Shown: positions 19,348-29,800 of the stretch, in pieces
How the letters are laid out: each line of letters begins with the position of its first letter
Position numbering within the stretch: the first letter of the stretch is position 1
DNA from: an uncultured Chloroflexia bacterium
Lineage (GTDB): Bacteria; Chloroflexota; Chloroflexia; Thermomicrobiales; UBA6265
Length of the DNA: 64,000 nt
Direction of reading: 5' to 3'
Assembly (NCBI GenBank): GCA_963741805.1
Contig: CAVUJR010000059.1
Coordinates: 9,242 to 73,241 of the forward strand
Position numbers and translations under genes: made by a program
The notes under the pieces: generated by a model
What the model saw: the letters and a program-made list of their open reading frames with translations, nothing else
What the model was told of the DNA's origin: nothing
Database searches by the model: none

Positions 19348-19727
19348 CGCCTCACATCCCTTCTGCTCATTGGCTCGACCTGTTGCCAATCATGCTATCC
19401 CGAATCCATCTTCGCCACCGCCCCCCGACCGTGACGCAGTGGCACCAACGATCGTCAAACGCCGAAAACCGATTAAAGAAGCCGTTCAACGTCATGATGT
19501 TGTCGTGCCCGCCGCATGAACGTCCATGCTGAACGTTCAAGGCAACAACACGACCGCCCAGAAATGCCCGGAAACTGCCCTCCGGGAAAGCCGTTCGTAT
19601 ACCTTTTCAGCGCATCCGACGCCGGATTAGGATTCTTGCGGGATGATCGGGACCACCGATCGGGCAAGCCGCTAGCCCGTGCCCCCGCACAGCGGCATGT
19701 CCAGGGTGATTGTGAGGGAGAGATGGC

Positions 19728-19991
19728 ATGCTGACGCTTCGGGAAGCGCGGCAACGGCGACATTTGTCGCAACAAACGTTGGCGGATCGTGCCGGTGTGG
19801 CACGTGTGACGGTATCGCAGATCGAGCTGGGCAAGTCCGAGCCGCGGCCACACATTGCGCGGAGACTGAGCCAGGCGCTGGATATGCAGCCGTCGGACAT
19901 TCGCGAGTTTAGCGGAGCCGCCCGTAGCATGCGCCTTCCGACTCCGAGCATCCTCGCGTCGATCGACGGCGAGAACCCGGAGATCAGCTAG
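19728..19991 (+). CDS. XRE-family helix-turn-helix transcriptional regulator
   Basis: LSQQTLADRAGVARVTVSQIELGK is a classic HTH_3 motif. Confidence 0.8.
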   Translation: MLTLREARQRRHLSQQTLADRAGVARVTVSQIELGKSEPRPHIARRLSQALDMQPSDIREFSGAARSMRLPTPSILASIDGENPEIS

Positions 19992-20017
19992 CAACAACGA
20001 TCACGGACACGTGACAC

Positions 20018-20051
20018 GGCCGGTGAGTGGCGCTCACCGGCCGTTCTTCTT
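20018..20051 (+). terminator. intrinsic terminator downstream of the XRE gene
   Basis: GGCCGGTGAG-TGGCG-CTCACCGGCC stem followed by the T-rich GTTCTTCTT. Confidence 0.6.
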
Positions 20052-20189
20052 GCCGCATATCCAACAGCGAGCCGGGCAGAACTACCCGCCCTGATATCGA
20101 ACCTTGGGCGTCCGAGAATGCCCTGCGGCTTGATCGGGCAGAAGGCTCGCCGAGGTGAGTCCGAAGGACGAAAACGGGACGCATTCGCT

Positions 20190-20335
20190 TTGTCTCTGCT
20201 CCGCAGAGCCACCCGGGCGACAGCGACCCTTTCGCTTCTCGCCCATTACATGGGCTCGGCCGAGGGGTCGCTTCTGCTTTTCGCCTTCCATGCAGGCTCA
20301 CCCGGCAACCCTTCGGGGTCGCCCCCATACACAGG
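20190..20335. repeat. REP-like elements (CGCAGAGCCACCCGG-type)
   Basis: Shares CTCCGCAGAGCCACCCGG and GAGGGGTCGCT segments with 4093..4172 and ends in ..CCCCCATACAC. Confidence 0.55.
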
Positions 20336-20360
20336 ATGATCAATTTCCGCGATCACGGCG

Positions 20361-21317
20361 TTAGCTGTGCAGCAGCTCCGCGTAGCGGTTGAGGTCCATG
20401 TTGCCGCCGGAGATGAGGATACCGACACGCTTGCCCGCGACATCCAGCTTCTTCGTGAAGACGGCCGCGGCCGCCAGCGCGCCGGTCGGCTCGACGACGA
20501 CCTTCATCCGCCCGGCAAAGAACCGCATCGCCTCGACCAGATCCTGGTCGCTGACGGTGAGGATGTCGGTGACATGCTCCTTGATGATCGGGAAGGTGTG
20601 GTCGCCCAGGCGCAGCGTCTGCGCGCCATCGGCGATCGTGCGGGGCGTCTGGATGGTGACGAGCTGGCCGGAGCGGAAGCTCTGCTGGCCGTCGTTGCCG
20701 GCCTCCGGCTCGACCCCGTAAACGACGCAGTCCGGGTTCAGCGCCTTCGCCGCCAGCACGGAGCCGGCGAGCAGGCCACCACCACCGAGCGGCGAGACGA
20801 GGATGTCCATCGGCCCCGCATCCTCGAACAGCTCCTTCGCGGCCGTCCCCTGCCCCGCGATGACGTCCGGATGGTCGAACGGCGGGATAAGGGTCATCCC
20901 GCGCTCCTGCGCCAGGCGCTGGCCGATCTCCTCGCGGCTCTCGTTGTAGCGGTCGTAGAGCACGACCTCGGCGCCGTAGCCCTTCGTCGCCGTGATCTTC
21001 ACCGCCGGGGCGTCCTTCGGCATCACGATGACGGATGACGTGCCGAGCAGGTTCGCGGCGAGCGCGATCGCCTGGGCATGATTACCTGAGGAGTACGCGA
21101 TCACCCCTCCCCGCTTCTGCGCGTCGTCCAGCTTCGCAATCGCATTGTAGGCGCCGCGGAACTTGAACGCGCCCATGCGCTGGAAGCTCTCCGCCTTGAA
21201 GAAGAGCTCCGCGCCGGTCATCCGGTTCGCGGTCGTGGACGTCAGCACCGGCGTCCGGTGTGCCACGCCGGCGATCCGCTCGTGCGCCGCCACCACATCG
21301 TCATAGGTCACCGTCAT
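20361..21317 (-). CDS. PLP-dependent threonine/serine ammonia-lyase (serine racemase-like fold type II)
   Basis: ESFQRMGAFKFRGAYN PLP-lysine motif and the SSGNHAQA motif. Confidence 0.85.
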   Translation of the reverse strand: MTVTYDDVVAAHERIAGVAHRTPVLTSTTANRMTGAELFFKAESFQRMGAFKFRGAYNAIAKLDDAQKRGGVIAYSSGNHAQAIALAANLLGTSSVIVMPKDAPAVKITATKGYGAEVVLYDRYNESREEIGQRLAQERGMTLIPPFDHPDVIAGQGTAAKELFEDAGPMDILVSPLGGGGLLAGSVLAAKALNPDCVVYGVEPEAGNDGQQSFRSGQLVTIQTPRTIADGAQTLRLGDHTFPIIKEHVTDILTVSDQDLVEAMRFFAGRMKVVVEPTGALAAAAVFTKKLDVAGKRVGILISGGNMDLNRYAELLHS

Positions 21318-22609
21318 GTAGCTGCTCCTTCTGCTCGTCGCGGCGGCTTCACGACCGCCATCACGATCGCCCCGGCGATGGGAAGCACCAGCAGGGACAT
21401 GATCGCGATTCCATAGTCACCAGTGAGATCGTACGCGAAACCGAACGGCAAGGGGCCAACCGCCGCGCCAACGACGCTCAGCGAGAACCCAACACCGCGA
21501 ATGCTGCCAAGCTGCTTGCGGCCGAAGAACTGCGGCCAGGCGACATCCGAGCCGACCATCCACAGCGCGGACGATGCCCCACGCATCATCGCGTAGACAT
21601 ACGAGAGCCAGACGCCATGCGAGAGCAACAGCGCGGTCATCGCCAGCGCCAGCGCGACCTGCCCGCCGATCAGCACGAATTTGGCCGGATAACGATCGAG
21701 GTACCAGCCAACAGCGATGGTGACGATCACCTGGAAGATTGACTCGACGGTGAACGTCGTGGCCGTCAACGTCTCAGGCAGGCCGCGATCCGTAAAAATG
21801 GCGACCTGGTTGAACGTCAGGCCCGTGACGACCAGCGAGGGCACCAGCCCGGCCGAGACGATCGCCCAGAACATCGGCGTCCGAAGCGCCTGCTGCAGCG
21901 TCAGACCCTCGTCGGCCGAGACATGGACCTCGAGATCGAGCTCGGGCTTGTCTCGCTGACGCCGCGCCTCGTACGCCGCGATATCGGTGATACCGACGTC
22001 TGAGGGCCGGTTGCGCACGAAGATGATGAACGCCGGGAGCAGGACCGCCAGCAGCAGCACCGCGTCGAAGCGCCAGGCGCCGCGCCAGCCAAGCCGTTCG
22101 ACGGTCTGGCTATGCAGCAGCGGGAAGAGCGCCAGGCTGGCGGCACTGGCAAACCCGAGCACGGAGAACGCGAAGCCGCGACGGCGGATGAACCAGTGCG
22201 GAATGATCGTCTTCGCGGCGAGGGTCAGGACGCCCTGCCCGCTCATGCGCAGGAGGGAGAACCCGGCGAGCAACCAGATCGGTCCCTGGGCGGCGCTGAG
22301 CAGGACGAGGGCAGAGGCAAGACCGATCGAGGCGGTGATGAGGATCTTCCGCTCGCCGATCCGGTCGATGAGGCGGCCGATGTAGATGAGCGATGCCGCG
22401 CTGACAAGGGTGCCAAACGAATACGTCATCGAATAGAGGGAGCGGCTGATCCCCAGTTCGTCGATCATCGGGTCGACGAAGGTGGATACGCCATAGGTCT
22501 GGCCAGGGCCGGAGAAGAAGACCGCGAGGCTCGCGATCATGAGGATGGTCATTGCCCATCCGGGTTTCTGGAACGATCTCCTGGGCGGCACTGGCATCAT
22601 CTCTCGCAA
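21314..22609 (-). CDS. MFS transporter
   Basis: 12-TM pattern with a GRLIDRIGERK loop motif. A 4-nt overlap couples it to the dehydratase gene. Confidence 0.8.
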   Translation of the reverse strand: MREMMPVPPRRSFQKPGWAMTILMIASLAVFFSGPGQTYGVSTFVDPMIDELGISRSLYSMTYSFGTLVSAASLIYIGRLIDRIGERKILITASIGLASALVLLSAAQGPIWLLAGFSLLRMSGQGVLTLAAKTIIPHWFIRRRGFAFSVLGFASAASLALFPLLHSQTVERLGWRGAWRFDAVLLLAVLLPAFIIFVRNRPSDVGITDIAAYEARRQRDKPELDLEVHVSADEGLTLQQALRTPMFWAIVSAGLVPSLVVTGLTFNQVAIFTDRGLPETLTATTFTVESIFQVIVTIAVGWYLDRYPAKFVLIGGQVALALAMTALLLSHGVWLSYVYAMMRGASSALWMVGSDVAWPQFFGRKQLGSIRGVGFSLSVVGAAVGPLPFGFAYDLTGDYGIAIMSLLVLPIAGAIVMAVVKPPRRAEGAAT

Positions 22610-22739
22610 TAGCCCTCAACCACATCGGTCCCTATTGTCACCGCATCCCTTGTATGGGACCACTCCTGCGTCCGCCACTGCTATGATCGGAATACACACA
22701 GCGCCAGCGTGACCCCACCACCAGGACAAGGAGACGATT

Positions 22740-23516
22740 ATGTGTCACGAAACGTGTCCGCACCCCATCTCCGGTGGCGACCACCTCCGGGAAGCGCATC
22801 TCACGATCCCGGTCGGCGATGAGCAACTGCCGGTGTTCGTGGTGACACCGGATCAGACCCCCGCCCCAGCGGTGATGATCATCCATGACATCTACGGCCC
22901 GGGCGCGTTCTACCAGGACCTCGCGCGGCGCCTCGCCGATGCCGGGTATATCGCGGCGCTGCCGGACTTCTTTTTCCGGCAGGGCACGATCGATGGACGC
23001 GACATGGCCGCCGCCCGGGCGCGAGGCGGGAAGGTCGTGCAGGCGGACACGTTCGACGACATGGCCGCGACGCTGGAATGGCTCAAGACGCATGAGGACA
23101 GCACCGGCATGATCGGCACGATCGGCATGTGCTGGGGCGGAAGCATGGTCATGCTCCAGGCGGCCCGGCAGCCGCGCCCGGACGCCAGCATCCCCTTCTA
23201 CGGTTTCCCGGTCCGCGAGCGCACGGAGAACAACCCGATCCTCGCCATCGATGACGAGGAGGTCGCGACGGTCGATTCCCCGATGCTGGCCTTCTGGGGT
23301 GACCAGGACCACGGTGTCGGCATGGACAACGTTGCGGCATACGACAACAAGCTCAAAGCAGCCGGGAAGGCACACGAATTCGTGATCTACCCGGGGATTG
23401 GTCACGGATTCCTGACGTTCGATCCGGAGGCGGATGCCTTCGAGCCGTCGCAGGAGGCCTGGCGGCGCACGCTTGCCTTCCTTGCCGAGCACCTGGGGAC
23501 GCCGGAAACGGCATGA
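22740..23516 (+). CDS. Dienelactone hydrolase family protein
   Basis: VMIIHDIYG and GMCWGG nucleophile motif, with C-terminal YPGIGHGF. Confidence 0.8.
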   Translation: MCHETCPHPISGGDHLREAHLTIPVGDEQLPVFVVTPDQTPAPAVMIIHDIYGPGAFYQDLARRLADAGYIAALPDFFFRQGTIDGRDMAAARARGGKVVQADTFDDMAATLEWLKTHEDSTGMIGTIGMCWGGSMVMLQAARQPRPDASIPFYGFPVRERTENNPILAIDDEEVATVDSPMLAFWGDQDHGVGMDNVAAYDNKLKAAGKAHEFVIYPGIGHGFLTFDPEADAFEPSQEAWRRTLAFLAEHLGTPETA

Positions 23517-24136
23517 GCACCGATCTCCTCGCGTTCTTTCGCGCCATCGAGAACCTGAAACGGACGCCGCGCACGGGATGGCTGGATCGCGGCATCCCGG
23601 CAGCCGAAACAGAGTCCGTGGCCGACCACACACTGCTGACGGCGTTGATCGCATGGACGCTGGCGCTGGAGGACCCGTCCCTCGACGCCGAGCGGGTGCT
23701 GAAGCTGGCGGTGGTGCACGACATTGCTGAGGCGGTCGTTGGCGACATCCCGCCCTACGCTTCGGAAGATATCCCGGACGGAACCGATCCGGAGGCATTG
23801 GAGGCGTTCTTCGCGGTCCGGAAGCAGGCGTCACCGGAGGCCGCGGCAGAGAAGCATGCGACCGAGCAAGCCGGCGCGGCCGGTTTATTCGCGTTACTCC
23901 CGGCGAGGTCAGCCGCAGAGTTCCGCACCCTGTGGGACGAGTACGAGAGCCGTGCGACGCCCGAAGCGCGGTTCGTGAAGGACGTCGACCGGCTGGAGGC
24001 GTTCCTCCAGTCGCGCACGTATGCCAGAACGCACCCTGATAAACCGCTTCTGGGGTTCACCGATATGGCGTTGCAAGCCATCTACCATCCGGTGCTCCAG
24101 GCGCTCCGGGACCGGGAGCTGGCGTCGCCGGAGTAG
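23513..24136 (+). CDS. HD-domain hydrolase (YfbR-like 5'-deoxynucleotidase family)
   Basis: LKRTPRTGW..ESVADHT...VHDIAEAVVGDIPP motifs. Confidence 0.8.
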   Translation: MSTDLLAFFRAIENLKRTPRTGWLDRGIPAAETESVADHTLLTALIAWTLALEDPSLDAERVLKLAVVHDIAEAVVGDIPPYASEDIPDGTDPEALEAFFAVRKQASPEAAAEKHATEQAGAAGLFALLPARSAAEFRTLWDEYESRATPEARFVKDVDRLEAFLQSRTYARTHPDKPLLGFTDMALQAIYHPVLQALRDRELASPE

Positions 24137-24155
24137 CCGACGCCCTTCCGTCTCC

Positions 24156-24668
24156 CTATCCCCTGTGGCCGTCGAGCTCCACCGTTGCGGTGATGATCAC
24201 CGCCGCGTTGCCAGCGAGGGTGGAGGCACCGGGAGTCGAGCGCGCGTGCGTACCGATCTCCGGGCCGAAGAGGTCGATGATGAAATCGGAGAAGCCGCTG
24301 ATGACGTAGGACGTCCGCGCGAAGCCGGGATCGGCATTGACGAAGCCGATGACGTTGAGCCAGGCGGAGATTCGGTCAAGGTCGCCAATGGCGCGCTGGA
24401 GCTCGGAGAGGATCGTCAAACCGGTCAGCCGCGCGGCCTCGTGCGCCTCTTCCGGCGAGATCTCGGATGGCACCTTGCCCTTCGCGGGGTAGGACGTGCC
24501 GTCCGGGTTCCGGGCGGAGTGACCGGAGACGTAGGCGATGTTCCCGCGCACGAGCACGGGCACAGGCGGCCCCTCGACAGACGGCCTGTAGGTCGCGGGC
24601 GCTGGCAGGACCAGCCCCATCTGTTCGAGCTTCGCTTCGATGTTCATGGATTCCCCATATTTCGTCAT
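24156..24668 (-). CDS. RidA/YjgF family protein
   Basis: YjgF-like pattern (VRGNIAYVSGH..., ARSTPGASTLAGNAAVIITATVEL). The start is uncertain (24668 or 24647). Confidence 0.8.
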   Translation of the reverse strand: MTKYGESMNIEAKLEQMGLVLPAPATYRPSVEGPPVPVLVRGNIAYVSGHSARNPDGTSYPAKGKVPSEISPEEAHEAARLTGLTILSELQRAIGDLDRISAWLNVIGFVNADPGFARTSYVISGFSDFIIDLFGPEIGTHARSTPGASTLAGNAAVIITATVELDGHRG

Positions 24669-24732
24669 ATCGCCGGATCTTGTGTCCGGCGATCGATGCG
24701 CTGCGCCGGACACAAGATCCGACGGTACGAAA

Positions 24733-26214
24733 TCACCCCGTCACGGATGCGATCCTTGCGTCGCGCTGGACATCAGCCTCCTTGAGGCTTGCGCGGTCGG
24801 TGGCGAGGGCGTCGCAGTCCGCCTGGAGGCGTTCATTGGCCTCCGCCACGGCCGTGCGCGTGGTCTCCGGGGCCGGTCCGCCGGGCAGCGTGCGTGCGTT
24901 GACGAACGCCCATGGGTCGAGCGCGTTGTGCACGAACGCGTCGTCGACCGAGAGGGGCTTGCCAAGGACCTCGCCGCTGATCTCGTTCACCAGCGCGGCC
25001 GTGATCGTGGAGTTCTCCCTGGTCGTTCGGGTGACAAGACTCGAGGCGATGGCGTGCGCGGAGCGGAACGGGATGCCGTTCTCCTTCACCAGAGCGTCCG
25101 CCAGGGCGGTGGTCGTCGTGTTCCCCTCCCCCGCCTTCGCGGCCATGCCGTGGACGTTGAACGACGCGCTCTCCAGCACGGCCGTCAGCAAGGTAACGAC
25201 GCTCTCGAACGAGTCGAAGGCGCGGTTGAGCGGCACGAACATCGGGTCCTCGACGTCGTTGGTGTCCCCGAACGCGGCGTTGTGGACGATCGTCTCGACG
25301 GTCGAGGCGTCACCGTAGACCCATCCCATGCGGATGCGGACATGCTCCAGCACGACCGGGTTGCGCTTCTGGGGCATGATCGAGCTGATCTGGATGAAGG
25401 CATCGTCGATGCGCAAGATGTCCTCGGAGCGTCGCGCCCAAACGAGCAGCTCATAGACGAAGCGCGAGAGCGAGCCGATACAGTTGACCAGCGCCTGCGC
25501 CGATTCGAGCAGGTGGTCGCCCGTGCCGACGGCGTCGTAGCCGTTCTCGACCAGGCCGTCGAAGCCGAGAAGATCCGCCACGAGGGCGCGGTCGATCGGG
25601 AAGCTGGTGGTCGTGAACGCGGCGACGCCGAGCGGGCTGCGGTTCGTGCGCGCGTAGGCGCGGGCAAGACGGTCGCTATCGCGCTCCAGCGGGCCGAGCA
25701 CGCCGAGCAGGTAGTGGGCGAGGGTCGTCGGCTGGGCGGGCTGGGTGTGCGTGATGCCCGGCATAAGCGTGTCGATGTGCTGCCCGATGAGGTCCGTGAG
25801 CACGGCGCGGAGCGCCAGGACCTGCTCGCGCGCGGTGAGGATGCGGTCGCGCAGCATCATCCGGCTCATGCCAGCGGCGAGATCGTTGCGGGAGCGGGCG
25901 ATCTGGAGGTCGCCGCCCGCCTCGACCCCGGCGAGCTCGATGAGTTTGCCCTCGACGGCGAAGAAGAGATCCTCGATCTGCGGGGCGTACGCAAACGCGT
26001 CCGGCCCGCCCTCCTCCACCTCGCGCAGCGCCTTCAGGAGCCGCGCGGCCTGCTCGTCCGGGATGATGCCGCAGGCGGCGAGCATCAGGGTGTGCGCCTC
26101 GTTGGCGGCGATCATATATGGGAAGAGGTGCCGCTGCGCGTCGACGAACTGCGGCTCCAGAACGTATTTGGCATAGGCTGGATGCGGGAAGGTTCCGGGT
26201 GTGTCGTGGGGCAT
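24733..26214 (-). CDS. Argininosuccinate lyase-like fumarate-lyase superfamily enzyme
   Basis: SSIMPQKRNP lyase signature and SRNDL motif. Confidence 0.85.
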   Translation of the reverse strand: MPHDTPGTFPHPAYAKYVLEPQFVDAQRHLFPYMIAANEAHTLMLAACGIIPDEQAARLLKALREVEEGGPDAFAYAPQIEDLFFAVEGKLIELAGVEAGGDLQIARSRNDLAAGMSRMMLRDRILTAREQVLALRAVLTDLIGQHIDTLMPGITHTQPAQPTTLAHYLLGVLGPLERDSDRLARAYARTNRSPLGVAAFTTTSFPIDRALVADLLGFDGLVENGYDAVGTGDHLLESAQALVNCIGSLSRFVYELLVWARRSEDILRIDDAFIQISSIMPQKRNPVVLEHVRIRMGWVYGDASTVETIVHNAAFGDTNDVEDPMFVPLNRAFDSFESVVTLLTAVLESASFNVHGMAAKAGEGNTTTTALADALVKENGIPFRSAHAIASSLVTRTTRENSTITAALVNEISGEVLGKPLSVDDAFVHNALDPWAFVNARTLPGGPAPETTRTAVAEANERLQADCDALATDRASLKEADVQRDARIASVTG

Positions 26215-26315
26215 GGTGGCTCCGATTGGTTTCGGTAGCCCCGGCCCTGTGGTGGCCGGGGTTGGTGCGCGAAAACCCCGGCCATCACGAGGCCTGGGCT
26301 ACCGGACTGTGTCCT

Positions 26316-27251
26316 CTACCCCTTCAGGCCGGCGAGGGCGATGCCCTTGATGATGTGCCGCTGGAAGATCAGGAAGATGATGATCACCGGGATGGTCGCG
26401 AGCGCCGCGGCCGCCATGATCAGGTGGAACGCGCTGCCGGATTCGCTGGAGAAGAACGCGATGCCGACCGGCAGCGTGCGCATCTCCTCGGAGCGGATCA
26501 CGATCAGCGGCCAGATGTAGGCGTTCCAGTTGCCCAGGAACGTAAAGATGCAAAGCGCGGCGACCGCCGGCTTCACCAGCGGCAGGGCGATATTCCAGAA
26601 GATGCGGAACTCCGAGAAGCCATCCAGCCGGGCGGCGTCGATCAGGTCGTTCGGCACGCCGAGGAAGAACTGCCGCATCAGGAACACGCCGAAGGCGCTC
26701 ATCACACCGGGGAACATCACGCCCCAGTAGGAGTCCGTCCACGACATCTCGATCGACATCACGTACCACGGGATGACAAGCATCTCCGTCGGCACCATCA
26801 GCGTGCTCAGGATCAACACGAAGATGATCGTCGCGCCAGGGAACTTGAACTTCGCCAGCGTGTACCCGGCCAGCGAGTCGAAAAAGGCGACGCTGAGCGT
26901 GGTGATGCCGGCCACAACAATGCTGTTGATAAACCAGCGGACGTAGCTGGTCTCCTGCAGCACAGTCGTGTAGTTGTCCAGCGTCGGATTCGGCGGCACG
27001 ATCGAGAGCGTGTAAATATCCTGCGCATTCTTCAGCGACGAGGCGATCATCCAGACGAACGGGAAGATCATGAAGATGGCGCCGATGAGCAGGATGATCG
27101 CGAGGATAACCTGCGCGAACGTCTTCTTCCGCTTCTCGCGGCGCGAGCGCGCCATCGCGTCGGCAAAGATGTCGGTGCGGCCGCCGGCCGGTGTGGAGAG
27201 CGCGCCCGGCGTGGCGATCGTTGACTGGAGGGGTGTGGTGGTTTGGCTCAT
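26316..27251 (-). CDS. Carbohydrate-type ABC transporter permease
   Basis: 6-TM MalG-like protein with an EAA-like loop (DLIDAARLDGFSEFRIFWNIALP). Confidence 0.85.
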   Translation of the reverse strand: MSQTTTPLQSTIATPGALSTPAGGRTDIFADAMARSRREKRKKTFAQVILAIILLIGAIFMIFPFVWMIASSLKNAQDIYTLSIVPPNPTLDNYTTVLQETSYVRWFINSIVVAGITTLSVAFFDSLAGYTLAKFKFPGATIIFVLILSTLMVPTEMLVIPWYVMSIEMSWTDSYWGVMFPGVMSAFGVFLMRQFFLGVPNDLIDAARLDGFSEFRIFWNIALPLVKPAVAALCIFTFLGNWNAYIWPLIVIRSEEMRTLPVGIAFFSSESGSAFHLIMAAAALATIPVIIIFLIFQRHIIKGIALAGLKG

Positions 27252-28135
27252 TCCGTGTCCCGTTGCAGTACTTTGAGCTGGAAGATCGTGATCAGGAGGA
27301 TCATCGCGAAGAGCACGACGGTCATCGCCGAGGCATAGCCCATCTTCGACGGCAGCGACTGGAAGGCCTGCTGATAGACGTAGAGGACGACGCTGATCGT
27401 GCTGTTCAGCGGTCCACCGGTGCCGGCCGAGCTCATCTGCCGGATCTGGGTGAAGACCTGCAGGTTGCTGATGACGCCCGTGACGACAAGGAAGACGATC
27501 GTCGGATTCAATTGCGGAATGACGATATCCCGGAACTTCTGCCAGCCGCTCGCGCCGTCGAGCGACGCTGCCTCGAGATAGTCCCCGGGAATGCTCTCCA
27601 ACCCGGCGAGGAAGATCACGACCTGGAAGCCGAGCCCGTGCCAGACGGTTGTCGCGATGATGGAGTAGATCGCCGTGTCCGGGCTACCGAGGAACTTCGA
27701 GTTCAGCCCGACCCAGCCAAGGACATCGTTGAACAGGCCATTCGGCATGTACATCCAGCGCCAGACCCAGCCGACCGCGACAAGCGATGTGATGTAGGGC
27801 AGGAAGTAGAGCACACGGAAGAACCCGGTGAACCGGATCATGCGCTGCAGGCCGAGGGCGATGAGCAGGCTGAAGATCAACCCGGCGGGCACGCCGACGA
27901 GGACGTAAACCCACGTGTTGCGCATGGCCTTCCAGAAGACCTCATCGTGGACCATGTCGCGATAGTTCTCCAACCCGATATAGGGTCGGTCGAGCGCGAT
28001 AGGATCCCACTGGTGAAGGCTCATCCAGAACGCATACAGTGTCGGACCGATGCGGATGGCGAGAAAGAATAGCAGCGGGATGGCGATAAAGGCATAGGCC
28101 CAAATCCATCGCCGCCGCTCGAGCGTCAGGTGCAT
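27248..28135 (-). CDS. Carbohydrate-type ABC transporter permease
   Basis: MalF-like protein with an EAA loop (YLEAASLDGASGWQKFRDIVIP). It overlaps the downstream permease by 4 nt. Confidence 0.85.
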   Translation of the reverse strand: MHLTLERRRWIWAYAFIAIPLLFFLAIRIGPTLYAFWMSLHQWDPIALDRPYIGLENYRDMVHDEVFWKAMRNTWVYVLVGVPAGLIFSLLIALGLQRMIRFTGFFRVLYFLPYITSLVAVGWVWRWMYMPNGLFNDVLGWVGLNSKFLGSPDTAIYSIIATTVWHGLGFQVVIFLAGLESIPGDYLEAASLDGASGWQKFRDIVIPQLNPTIVFLVVTGVISNLQVFTQIRQMSSAGTGGPLNSTISVVLYVYQQAFQSLPSKMGYASAMTVVLFAMILLITIFQLKVLQRDTE

Positions 28136-28222
28136 ATTGGTTCTTCCAGAGGGTCGTACGATTGCCCCGGTCGGGTGGTGTGGCGAGACCGAAGCCGATC
28201 TCGCCACACCACCGCGGAACGA

Positions 28223-29615
28223 CTAGTCGAACTGCGCCCAGTACTCGTCGAGCTGGGCCTGGACCTTGTCCTGCGCCTCCTGGATAGCGGCCTCGGAGTC
28301 AACGCCGGTCAGCGTGACCTGGTCGAAGGCATCCATTACAGCCTGGCGGAGGTCCGCCTCGTTCACCATGAACGTCGCGTAGGAGTAATCCAGCGACTCG
28401 ATGAACGGGGCCAGCTTCTCGTCGGCCATGAGGGCCGGGTCGCCAGCGAGCGCGGCGCGAGCCGGGAGCTCACCGACCGCCGGGGTCCACTGCTGCTGGA
28501 CACCAGCGGACGAGAGGAAGTCGATCCACTTCGACGCCGCGATGAGCTTGTCGCCCTCGGCGGCATTCCGGGTGATGGTGTTCGCCCAGAAGGATGCGAA
28601 GCGACGCCTTCTCCTTGTGCTCCGGCAGCGGCACCACGCGGTAGTTAAGGTCCGGCGCGTCGCGCTGGAGTGAGCCGAGGCGGTAGGAGCCATCGACGTG
28701 GAGCGCAGCCTTGCCGGACGCGAACGCCGTCGGGCCGTCTGTCTGGAAGCCGGACTGCGTGACCTCATGCTCCATGAGGAAGCTGGTGAGGTAGTTGAAG
28801 GCCTCAACCGCCTCCGGCGTCGTCCACTGCAGCTCGCGATTGTCGTCGCTCATCGGCTGGCCACCGTTCTGGCGGATCAGCGCCTCGCGCCACCAGTTGT
28901 GGCCCTGGCCCCCGATATCCCATGTCATGCCGACAACATCGAAGTTGTCACCGTCCTTCTGGACGGTCGCCTTCGCCACGTCGACCGTTTCTTCCCAGTT
29001 CGTCGGGGGTTCGACGCCGGCGGCATCGAGGAGGTCCATGTTGCAGAAGAGCGCGAGCGTGCGAACAGCGGTCGGCAACGCGTAGTACTCATCCTGGATC
29101 TTCGCCGCCTGAACGGTCGGGAAGAACTGGCTCTCGATCTCGTCGTGCGGGAAATAGTCCTGCGGGATCGGGACCAGGAACTGCTGCTGCACGTACGACG
29201 GGATCCAGCCGAAGTAGACGTTCAAGACGTCCGGACCCTCGCCGGCCTGCACGGCCGCCGCGACCTGTTGACGGAAGTCGTCATACGGGAAGTTCACGTG
29301 GTCGATCGTGATGTCCGGGTTAGCGGCCATGAACTCATCTTTGAGCTTGTTCACGATCTCGGTCTTGGCGGGCAGCTCATACTGCCAGTATTGGATCGTG
29401 ACCGGCCCGCTGACCTGGAGATCGGCGGTCCCGAAGTCCTGCGGGCCCTCGATCGCGGCCGGGGACGCGGCTGGCGACGCCAGGTCCTGCGCGCTCGCGC
29501 CGATCAGGCGGGAGGCTCCGGCGAGGCCAGCGGCACCGGCGCCAAGCTTCATGGCGCGGCGGCGATCCAGCGATCGCGCGAGAACGGTTTTCGGGTCGAA
29601 TCCTGAAGAACCCAT
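28223..29615 (-). pseudogene. ABC transporter extracellular solute-binding protein (Tat signal) with an apparent frameshift near 28601
   Basis: RRRAMKLGAGAAGLAG signal. ..VVPLPEHKEKAS continues in another frame as FASFWANTITRNAAEGDKLIAASKWIDF... Confidence 0.8.
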
Positions 29616-29800
29616 CGTGTCCTCCTCTTCGGCGCATCCGGTCTTCCGACGCGCCCCTACTGCGCGGGAATAATCTTCCCGACGCGAACATTGATATGCA
29701 CCCGGACGTCATGGCGACGCCCGTATAGTCCTGCGTTGACTGCGGTCATGATGCGCGAAGTTGGCCGTTATCGCAAGACAACGACGGCCCGATCGGGATA

